Positions 1 through 11,384 of a stretch of DNA of 64,000 nucleotides are shown one piece after another. The position numbers and the translations under genes were made by a program. This DNA is from the human T2T-CHM13v2.0 reference genome, Homo sapiens. Numbering within the stretch: the first letter of the stretch is position 1; the number at the start of each line of letters is the position of its first letter. The notes beneath the pieces were generated by a model, which had not been told where the DNA came from, did not search any database, and saw only the letters and a list, made by a program, of their open reading frames with translations. The DNA is taken from the NCBI RefSeq assembly GCF_009914755.1, contig NC_060948.1. One strand, given 5' to 3'.

Positions 1-723
1 ATGGCATCAAATGGAATGGCATCAAATGGAATGGAATCGAATGCAATGGAATGCTATGGAATGGAATGGAATGCATTGGAATGGAATGTCCTCTAATGGA
101 ATGGATTCGAGTGGAATGGAATCGAATATAATGGAGTCGAATGAAATGGAATTGAAAGGAATGGGATCGAATACAATGGAATATACTGGAATGTAATGTA
201 ATGAACTCGAATGTAATTGACTGGAATGGAATGTAATCGAATGGAAAGTAATCCAATGGAATAGAATCTAATGCAATAAAATCGACTCAGATAGAGTAGA
301 ATGTAATGGAATGGAGTGCAGTGCAATGGAATGGAATGGAATGGAATGCAATGGAATGGAATGGAATGGAATGGAATGGAATGGAATGGAATGGAATGGG
401 ATGGAATGGTATGGAATGGATAGTAATGGACTGGAATGAAATGGACTGGAAAAGAATGGACTCAAATTGAAAGGGCTCGAAAGGAATGGAGTCAAATGGA
501 ATTGTCTGGAATGGAATGAACACGAATGTAATGCAATCCAATAGAATGGAATCGAATGGCATGGAATATAAAGAAATGGAATCGAAGAGAATGGAAACAA
601 ATGGAATGGAATTGAATGGAATGGAATTGAATGGAATGGGAACGAATGGAGTGAAATTGTATGCAGTAGAAGAGAATAGAATGGAATGCAAGCGAAAGGA
701 AAGGAATGGATTGCAATGGAATG
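1..723 (+). repeat. Partial DYZ1 unit (U0, 3' end)
   Basis: Same landmarks as the 3' end of full units. Lacks the 15-bp GTACATGAATGGAAT block near 230, as does U13. Confidence 0.9.
353..397 (+). repeat. Pure (GGAAT)n microsatellite tract, one per unit, 4-10 copies
   Basis: Lies between GCAAT and GGGATGGAATGGTATGG in each unit. Copy number varies between units. Confidence 0.85.
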
Positions 724-1138
724 GAATTCATTGGAATGGAAGGGAATGTAGTGTAATGGACAGGCCTGGAATAAAGTGGAATGCTACGGTCTCGAATGGA
801 ATAAAAATGTATGGAATGGAATGCAATGAAACGGAATCGAATGTCATAGAATGTAATGGAATGCAAAAAAATGGACTCCAAAATCATTGACTGGAAAGGC
901 TGGGGGTCGAAAGGAATTGACTGCAATGGAATGGAATCGAATGGAATGGAAGTGAATAGAATCGAACTAAATCGAATGGAATGGAATTGATAGGAACGGA
1001 ATGGAAAGGAATGCAATGATTTGGCATGGAATGGAATCGAATGGCATCAAATGGAATGGAATGGAATGCAATGGAATGGAATGTATTAGAATGTAATGAA
1101 CATTAATGGAATGTACTCGAATGGATTCGACTGGAATG

Positions 1139-1151
1139 GAATGTTCTGGAA
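1139..1151. promoter_or_regulatory. Perfect heat-shock-element motif GAAtgTTCtgGAA (first copy; recurs at EcoRI+415 in every full unit)
   Basis: Exact match to the GAAnnTTCnnGAA HSF consensus, seen in all 18 units. Function is inferred only. Confidence 0.5.
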
Positions 1152-1417
1152 GTGAATGGACTCCAATGGAATGGATTCGAAAGGAATGGAATCGAACGGA
1201 ATGGAATCTAATGGAATGGAATTAAATGGAAATGAATCAAATTGAATAGCACGGAATTGAATTGAATGGAATCGAATGCAATGGAATCTAATGAAACGGA
1301 AAGGAAAGAATGGAATGGAATGGAATGGGCTGGAATGGAAAGGAATCGAAACGAATGGAATGGAATCGAACTGAAGAGACTGGAATGGAATGCACTGGAA
1401 TGGAAGGGAGTGTAATG

Positions 1418-1430
1418 GAAGGTTCTCGAA
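1418..1430. promoter_or_regulatory. Perfect heat-shock-element motif GAAggTTCtcGAA (first copy; recurs at about EcoRI+695 in every full unit)
   Basis: Exact match to GAAnnTTCnnGAA, seen in all 18 units. Function is inferred only. Confidence 0.5.
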
Positions 1431-4271
1431 AAAAATGGAATCGAATGGAATGGAATTGAATGGAACGGAATAGAGTCGCATGGAATTGAATGGAGTGGAA
1501 TGGACTAGAGTGAAATGGAATCGAACGAAAAGGAATGGACAGGAATGGAATGGTCTCGAATTAAATGGAATCGTATGGAATGGCATCAAACGGAATGGAA
1601 TGGACAGCCACGGAATGGAATGCACTCGAATGCAATGGAGTCGAAACTAATGGACTGGAATAGAATGGACTCGACTGGTATGGACTCCAATGGAATGGAA
1701 TCGAATGGAAGGGAATCGAACGGAATGGACTCGAAGGGAAAAGACTGCAATGGAAAGGTCTCGAATGGAATGGAAATTAATGGAATGGAATGGAATCGAA
1801 TGAAATGGAGTCAAAAGGAATGGAATCGAATGGCAAGAAATCGAATGTAATGGAATCGCAAGGAATTGATGTGAACGGAACGGAATGGAATGGAATCCAA
1901 AGGAATGGAATAGAATGGAATGGAATCGAATGGAAAGGACTCGAATGGAAATCACTCGAATAGAATGAAATTTAATAAAATAGGATCAAATGTAATAGAA
2001 TGGAATGGAAAGGAATCGAAACGGAAGGAATGGAGACAGATGGAATGGAATGGAACAGAGAGCAATGGTATAGAATGGAATGGAATCATCTGGAATGGAA
2101 TTGAATGGAATGGAATAATATGAAATGGAATGGAATGGAATGGAATGGAATGCCCTTGAATTAAATGGACTGGACTCGAACAGAGTGGAATGGAAAGTGT
2201 TGAGATAGAATGGAATGGACTCCTTTGGAATGGTGTAGTATGCAATGCAATCGACTGGCAGGGAATCAAAAGGAATGTAATCGAATGGATTGGACTGGAA
2301 TGCAATGGACTCGAATAGATTGGAAACGGAATGCAAAGGAATGGAATGGAATAGTATGGAATGCAATGGAAGGGAATGGAGTGGAATAGACTAGAGTGGA
2401 ATGGAATGGACTGGAAAGCAATGGACTGGAATGGAACTTTCTTGGATGGACTGGAATCAAACGGAATGGAATGCAATGCAATCAAATGGCATGGAATAAA
2501 ATAGAATGAAAGAGAATCAAATGGAATTGAATCGAATGGAATCGAATGGATTGGAAATGAATAGAATGGAATGGAATGGAATTGACTCAAATGGAATGGA
2601 CTAGAATGGAATGGATTCGAATGGAAGGCAAAGGAATGGAATCTATTGGAATGGACTGTAATGGAATGGAATGGAAGGGATTGGAATGGACTCGAATGGA
2701 ATGGACTGCAATAGAAAGGATTCGAATGGAATGAAAAAGAATTGAATGGAATAGAACAGAATGGAATCAAATCGAATGGAATGGAATGGAATAGAAAGGA
2801 ATGGAATGAAATGGAATGGAAAGGATTCGAATGGAATGCAATCGAATGGAATGGAATCGAACGGAATGGAATAAAATGGAAGAAAACTGGCAAGAAATGG
2901 AATCGAAATGAATGGAGTGTTATGGAATGGACTCAAATGGAATTGAATGTAATAGAATGGAGTGGAGTGGACTCGAATATAATGGACTGGAATGGAATGA
3001 AATCACATGGAATGGGAACGAATGGAATGGAATGGAAAGGAATGGAATCGAATGGAAAGGAATCGAATGGAAGGGAATGAAATTGAATCAACAGGAATGG
3101 GAGGGAATAGAATAGACTGTAATGGAATGGACTCGAATAGAATGGACACGAATGCTCAAATTAAATTGACTCGAATGGAATGGAAACGAAAGGAATGTCA
3201 TCGAATGGAATTGAATCGATTGGAATGAAATCGCATAGAATGGAGTGGAATCAAATGGAATTGAATCGAAAGGAAAGGAAGCGAATGGACTGAAATGAAA
3301 TGGAATGGAATTGAATGGAAAGTAATGCAATGGAATAGAATGGAACGAATTTTCACGGAATGGAATCAAACTGAATGGAATCAAATCAATGGAATCAAAT
3401 CAAATGGAATGGAAAGGAATTGAATGGAGTAGATGGGATTGGATGGGATTGGAATGAAATGTACTGGAAAGGACTCGAATTTCATGAAACGGAATGGAAT
3501 GAATTGGAAAGGAATGGACTCGAATGGAATGGAATGTCATGGAATGGCATCAAATGGAATGACATCAAATGGAATGGAATCGAATGCAATGGAATGCTGT
3601 GGAATGGAATGGAATGCATTGGAATGGAATGTCCTCTAATGGAATGGATTCGAGTGGAATGGAATTGAATATAATGGAGTCGAATGAAATGGAATTGAAA
3701 GGAATGGGATCGAATACAATGGAATATACTGGAATGTAACGTAATGAACTCGAATGTAATTGACTGGAATGGAATGTACATGAATGGAATGTAATCGAAT
3801 GGAAAGTAGTCCAATGGAATAGAATCTAATGCAATAAAATCGACTCAGATAGAGTAGAATGTAATGGAATGGAGTGCAGTGCAATGGAATGGAATGGAAT
3901 GGAATGCAATGGAATGGAATGGAATGGAATGGAATGGAATGGAATGGGATGGAATGGTATGGAATGGATAGTAATGGACTGGAGTGAAATGGACTGGAAA
4001 GGAATGGACTCAAATTGAAAGGTCTCGAAAGGAATGGAGTCAAATGGAATGGTCTGGAATGGAATGAACACGAATGTAATGCAATCCAATAGAATGGAAT
4101 CGAATGGCATGGAATATAAAGAAATGGAATCGAAGAGAATGGAAACAAATGGAATGAAATTGAATGGAATGGAATTGAATGGAATGTGAACGAATGGAGT
4201 GAAATTGTATGCAGTAGAAGAGAATAGAATGGAATGCAAGCGAAAGGAAAGGAATGGATTGGAATGGAATG

Positions 4272-7200
4272 GAATTCATTGGAATGGAAGGGAATGTAGT
4301 GTAATGGACAGGCCTGGAATAAAGTGGAATGCTACGGTCTCGAATGGAATAAAAATGTATGGAATGGAATGCAATGAAACGGAATCGAATGTCATAGAAT
4401 GTAATGGAATGCAAAAAAATGGAATCCAAAATCATTGAATGGAAAGGCTGGGTGTCGAAAGGAATTGACTCCAATGGAATGGAATCGAATGGAATGGAAG
4501 TGAATAGAATCGAACTAAATCGAATGGAATGGAATTGATAGGAACGGAATGGAAAGGATTGCAATGATTTGGCATGGAATGGAATCGAATGGCATCGAAT
4601 GGAATGGAATGGAATGCAATGGAATGGAATGTATTAGAATGTAATGAACTTTAATGGAATGTACTCGAATGGATTCGACTGGAATGGAATGTTCTGGAAG
4701 TGAATGGACTCCAATGGAATGGATTCAAAAGGAATGGAATCGTACGGAATGGAATCTAATGGAATGGAATTAAATGGAAATGAATCAAATTGAATAGCAC
4801 GGAATTGAATTGAATGGAATGGAATGCAATGGAATCTAATGAAACGGAAAGGAAAGGAATGGAATGGAATGGAATGGGCTGGAATGGAAAGGAATCGAAA
4901 CGAATGGAATGGAATCGAAGTGAAGAGACTGGAATGGTATGCACTGGAATGGAAGGGAGTGTAATGGAAGGTTCTCGAAAAAAATGGAATCGAATGGAAT
5001 GCAATTGAATGGAACGGAATAGAGTCGAATGGAATTGAATGGAATGGAATGGACTAGAGTGAAATGGAATCGAACCACAAGGAATGGACAGGAATAGAAT
5101 GGTCTCGAATTGAATGGAATCGTATGGAATGGCATCAAACGGAATGGAATGGACAGCCACGGAATGGAATGCACTCGAATGCAATGGAGTCGAAACTAAT
5201 GGACTGGAATAGAATGGACTCGACTGGTACGGACTCCAATGGAATGGAATCGAATGGAAGGGAATCGAACGTAATGGACTCGAAGGGAAAAGACTGCAAT
5301 GGAAAGGTCTCGAATGGAATGGAAATTAATGGAATGGAATGGAATCGAATGAAATGGAGTCAAAAGGAATGGAATCGAATGGCAAGAAATCGAATGTAAT
5401 GGAATCGCAAGGAATTGATGTGAACGGAACGGAATGGAATGGAATCCAAAGGAATGGAATAGAATGGAATGGAAACGAATGGAAAGGACTCCAATGGAAA
5501 TCACTCGAATAGAATGCAATTTAATAAAATAGGATCAAATGTAATAGAATGGAATGGAAAGGAATCGAAACGGAAGGAATGGAGACAGATGGAATGGAAT
5601 GGAACAGAGAGCAATGGTATAGAATGGAATGGAATCATCTGGAATGGAATTGAATGGAATGGAATGATATGAAATGGAATGGAATGGAATGGAATGGAAT
5701 GCCCTTGAATTAAATGGACTGGACTCGAACAGAGTGGAATGGAAAGTGTTGAGATAGAATGGAATGGACTCCTTTGGAATGGTGTAGTATGCAATGCAAT
5801 CGACTGGCAGGGAATCAAAAGGAATGTAATCGAATGGATTGGACTGGAATGCAATGGACTCGAATAGATTGGAAACGGAATGCAAAGGAATGGAATGGAA
5901 TAGTATGGAATGCAATGGAAGGGAATGGAGTGGAATAGACTAGAGTGGAATGGAATGGACTGGAAAGCAATGGACTGGAATGGAACTTTCTTGGATGGAC
6001 TGGAATCAAACGGAATGGAATGCAATGCAATCAAATGGCATGGAATAAAATAGAATGAAAGAGAATCAAATGGAATTGAATCGAATGGAATCGAATGGAT
6101 TGGAAAGGAATAGAATGGAATGGAATGGAATTGACTCAAATGGAATGGACTAGAATGGAATGGATTCGAATGGAAGGCAAAGGAATGGAATCTATTGGAA
6201 TGGACTGTAATGGAATGGAATGGAAGGGATTGGAATGGACTCGAATGGAATGGACTGCAATAGAAAGGATTCGAATGGAATGAAAAAGAATTGAATGGAA
6301 TAGAACAGAATGGAATCAAATCGAATGGAATGGAATGGAATAGAAAGGAATGGAATGAAATGGAATGGAAAGGATTCGAATGGAATGCAATCGAATGGAA
6401 TGGAATCGAACGGAATGGAATAAAATGGAAGAAAACTGGCAAGAAATGGAATCGAAATGAATGGAGTGTTATGGAACGGACTCAAAAGGAATTGAATGTA
6501 ATAGAATGGAGTGGAGTGGACTCGAATATAATGGACTGGAATGGAATGAAATCACATGGAATGGGAACGAATGGAATGGAATGGAAAGGAATGGAATCGA
6601 ATGGAAAGGAATCGAATGGAAGGGAATGAAATTGAATCAACAGGAATGGAAGGGAATAGAATAGACTGTAATGGAATGGACTCGAATAGAATGGACACGA
6701 ATGCTCAAATTAAATGGACTCGAATGGAATGGAAACGAAAGGAATGTCATCGAATGGAATTGAATCGATTGGAATGAAATCGCATAGAATGGAGTGGAAT
6801 CAAATGGAATTGAATCGAAAGGAAAGGAAGCGAATGGACTGAAATGAAATGGAATGGAATTGAATGGAAAGTAATGCAATGGAATAGAATGGAACGAAAT
6901 TTCACGGAATGGAATCAAACTGAATGGAATCAAATCAATGGAATCAAATCAAATGGAATGGAAAGGAATTGAATGGAGTAGATGGGATTGGATGGGATTG
7001 GAATGAAATGTACTGGAAAGGACTCGAATTTCATGAAACGGAATGGAATGAATTGGAACGGAATGGACTCGAATGGAATGGAATGTCATGGAATGGCATC
7101 AAATGGAATGGCATCAAATGGAATGGAATCGAATGCAATGGAATGCTATGGAATGGAATGGAATGCATTGGAATGGAATGTCCTCTAATGGAATGGATTC

Positions 7201-7830
7201 GAGTGGAATGGAATTGAATGTAATGGAGTCGAATGAAATGGAATTGAAAGGAATGGGATCGAATACAATGGAATATACTGGAATGTAACGTAATGAACTC
7301 GAATGTAATTGACTGGAATGGAATGTACATGAATGGAATGTAATCGAATGGAAAGTAATCCAATGGAATAGAATCTAATGCAATAAAATCGACTCAGATA
7401 GAGTAGAATGTAATGGAATGGAGTGCAGTGCAATGGAATGGAATGGAATGGAATGCAATGGAATGGAATGGAATGGAATGGAATGGAATGGAATGGAATG
7501 GAATGGGATGGAATGGTATGGAATGGATAGTAATGGACTGGAATGAAATGGACTGGAAAAGAATGGACTCAAATTGAAAGGGCTCGAAAGGAATGGAGTC
7601 AAATGGAATGGTCTGGAATGGAATGAACACGAATGTAATGCAATCCAATAGAATGGAATCGAATGGCATGGAATATAAAGAAATGGAATCGAAGAGAATG
7701 GAAACAAATGGAATGGAATTGAATGGAATGGAATTGAATGGAATGGGAACGAATGGAGTGAAATTGTATGCAGTAGAAGAGAATAGAATGGAATGCAAGC
7801 GAAAGGAAAGGAATGGATTGCAATGGAATG
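4272..7830 (+). repeat. DYZ1 unit U2 (3,559 bp)
   Basis: EcoRI-to-EcoRI. Variants AAGGATTGCA, GGTATGCAC, AACGTAATGG, GGAAACGAAT, ATGATATG shared with U3 and U15. Confidence 0.9.
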
Positions 7831-10800
7831 GAATTCATTGGAATGGAAGGGAATGTAGTGTAATGGACAGGCCTGGAATAAAGTGGAATGCTACGGTCTC
7901 GAATGGAATAAAAATGTATGGAATGGAATGCAATGAAACGGAATCGAATGTCATAGAATGTAATGGAATGCAAAAAAATGGAATCCAAAATCATTGACTG
8001 GAAAGGCTGGGTGTCGAAAGGAATTGACTCCAATGGAATGGAATCGAATGGAATGGAAGTGAATAGAATCGAACTAAATCGAATGGAATGGAATTGATAG
8101 GAACGGAATGGAAAGGATTGCAATGATTTGGCATGGAATGGAATCGAATGGCATCGAATGGAATGGAATGGAATGCAATGGAATGGAATGTATTAGAATG
8201 TAATGAACTTTAATGGAATGTACTCGAATGGATTCGACTGGAATGGAATGTTCTGGAAGTGAATGGACTCCAATGGAATGGATTCAAAAGGAATGGAATC
8301 GTACGGAATGGAATCTAATGGAATGGAATTAAATGGAAATGAATCAAATTGAATAGCACGGAATTGAATTGAATGGAATGGAATGCAATGGAATCTAATG
8401 AAACGGAAAGGAAAGGAATGGAATGGAATGGAATGGGCTGGAATGGAAAGGAATCGAAACGAATGGAATGGAATCGAAGTGAAGAGACTGGAATGGTATG
8501 CACTGGAATGGAAGGGAGTGTAATGGAAGGTTCTCGAAAAAAATGGAATCGAATGGAATGCAATTGAATGGAACGGAATAGAGTCGAATGGAATTGAATG
8601 GAATGGAATGGACTAGAGTGAAATGGAATCGAACCACAAGGAATGGACAGGAATAGAATGGTCTCGAATTGAATGGAATCGTATGGAATGGCATCAAACG
8701 GAATGGAATGGACAGCCACGGAATGGAATGCACTCGAATGCAATGGAGTCGAAACTAATGGACTGGAATAGAATGGACTCGACTGGTACGGACTCCAATG
8801 GAATGGAATCGAATGGAAGGGAATCGAACGTAATGGACTCGAAGGGAAAAGACTGCAATGGAAAGGTCTCGAATGGAATGGAAATTAATGGAATGGAATG
8901 GAATCGAATGAAATGGAGTCAAAAGGAATGGAATCGAATGGCAAGAAATCGAATGTAATGGAATCGCAAGGAATTGATGTGAACGGAACGGAATGGAATG
9001 GAATCCAAAGGAATGGAATAGAATGGAATGGAAACGAATGGAAAGGACTCCAATGGAAATCACTCGAATAGAATGCAATTTAATAAAATAGGATCAAATG
9101 TAATAGAATGGAATGGAAAGGAATCGAAACGGAAGGAATGGAGACAGATGGAATGGAATGGAACAGAGAGCAATGGTATAGAATGGAATGGAATCATCTG
9201 GAATGGAATTGAATGGAATGGAATGATATGAAATGGAATGGAATGGAATGGAATGGAATGCCCTTGAATTAAATGGACTGGACTCGAACAGAGTGGAATG
9301 GAAAGTGTTGAGATAGAATGGAATGGACTCCTTTGGAATGGTGTAGTATGCAATGCAATCGACTGGCAGGGAATCAAAAGGAATGTAATCGAATGGATTG
9401 GACTGGAATGCAATGGACTCGAATAGATTGGAAACGGAATGCAAAGGAATGGAATGGAATAGTATGGAATGCAATGGAAGGGAATGGAGTGGAATAGACT
9501 AGAGTGGAATGGAATGGACTGGAAAGCAATGGACTGGAATGGAACTTTCTTGGATGGACTGGAATCAAACGGAATGGAATGCAATGCAATCAAATGGCAT
9601 GGAATAAAATAGAATGAAAGAGAATCAAATGGAATTGAATCGAATGGAATCGAATGGATTGGAAAGGAATAGAATGGAATGGAATGGAATTGACTCAAAT
9701 GGAATGGACTAGAATGGAATGGATTCGAATGGAAGGCAAAGGAATGGAATCTATTGGAATGGACTGTAATGGAATGGAATGGAAGGGATTGGAATGGACT
9801 CGAATGGAATGGACTGCAATAGAAAGGATTCGAATGGAATGAAAAAGAATTGAATGGAATAGAACAGAATGGAATCAAATCGAATGGAATGGAATGGAAT
9901 AGAAAGGAATGGAATGAAATGGAATGGAAAGGATTCGAATGGAATGCAATCGAATGGAATGGAATCGAACGGAATGGAATAAAATGGAAGAAAACTGGCA
10001 AGAAATGGAATCGAAATGAATGGAGTGTTATGGAACGGACTCAAAAGGAATTGAATGTAATAGAATGGAGTGGAGTGGACTCGAATATAATGGACTGGAA
10101 TGGAATGAAATCACATGGAATGGGAACGAATGGAATGGAATGGAAAGGAATGGAATCGAATGGAAAGGAATCGAATGGAAGGGAATGAAATTGAATCAAC
10201 AGGAATGGAAGGGAATAGAATAGACTGTAATGGAATGGACTCGAATAGAATGGACACGAATGCTCAAATTAAATGGACTCGAATGGAATGGAAACGAAAG
10301 GAATGTCATCGAATGGAATTGAATCGATTGGAATGAAATCGCATAGAATGGAGTGGAATCAAATGGAATTGAATCGAAAGGAAAGGAAGCGAATGGACTG
10401 AAATGAAATGGAATGGAATTGAATGGAAAGTAATGCAATGGAATAGAATGGAACGAAATTTCACGGAATGGAATCAAACTGAATGGAATCAAATCAATGG
10501 AATCAAATCAAATGGAATGGAAAGGAATTGAATGGAGTAGATGGGATTGGATGGGATTGGAATGAAATGTACTGGAAAGGACTCGAATTTCATGAAACGG
10601 AATGGAATGAATTGGAACGGAATGGACTCGAATGGAATGGAATGTCATGGAATGGCATCAAATGGAATGGCATCAAATGGAATGGAATCGAATGCAATGG
10701 AATGCTATGGAATGGAATGGAATGCATTGGAATGGAATGTCCTCTAATGGAATGGATTCGAGTGGAATGGAATTGAATGTAATGGAGTCGAATGAAATGG

Positions 10801-11384
10801 AATTGAAAGGAATGGGATCGAATACAATGGAATATACTGGAATGTAACGTAATGAACTCGAATGTAATTGACTGGAATGGAATGTACATGAATGGAATGT
10901 AATCGAATGGAAAGTAATCCAATGGAATAGAATCTAATGCAATAAAATCGACTCAGATAGAGTAGAATGTAATGGAATGGAGTGCAGTGCAATGGAATGG
11001 AATGGAATGGAATGCAATGGAATGGAATGGAATGGAATGGAATGGAATGGAATGGAATGGGATGGAATGGTATGGAATGGATAGTAATGGACTGGAATGA
11101 AATGGACTGGAAAAGAATGGACTCAAATTGAAAGGGCTCGAAAGGAATGGAGTCAAATGGAATGGTCTGGAATGGAATGAACACGAATGTAATGCAATCC
11201 AATAGAATGGAATCGAATGGCATGGAATATAAAGAAATGGAATCGAAGAGAATGGAAACAAATGGAATGGAATTGAATGGAATGGAATTGAATGGAATGG
11301 GAACGAATGGAGTGAAATTGTATGCAGTAGAAGAGAATAGAATGGAATGCAAGCGAAAGGAAAGGAATGGATTGCAATGGAATG
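7831..11384 (+). repeat. DYZ1 unit U3 (3,554 bp)
   Basis: EcoRI-to-EcoRI. Near-identical to U2, with one fewer GGAAT in the pure run. Confidence 0.9.

Larger units (their letters stand above)
724..4271 (+). repeat. DYZ1 unit U1 (3,548 bp)
   Basis: EcoRI-to-EcoRI. 1-bp deletion GGAAAGAATGG near 1305. Variants GGGGGTCG, GTCGCATGG, AACGAAAAGG shared with U14. Confidence 0.9.

Noticed and set aside
899-908. G-rich GCTGGGGGTCG / GATGGGATTGGATGGG tracts as G-quadruplexes
   Set aside because: No cluster of four closely spaced GGG runs.
275-2880. Several AATAAA hexamers per unit as polyadenylation signals
   Set aside because: Easily generated from GGAAT-GGAAT by G->A changes. No downstream GU/U-rich element is apparent and no transcript evidence is available here.
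6896-7040. Additional HSE-like strings GAAatTTCacGGA and GAAtTTCatGAA
   Set aside because: Only two correctly spaced inverted pentamers each, so they are not perfect three-unit HSEs.
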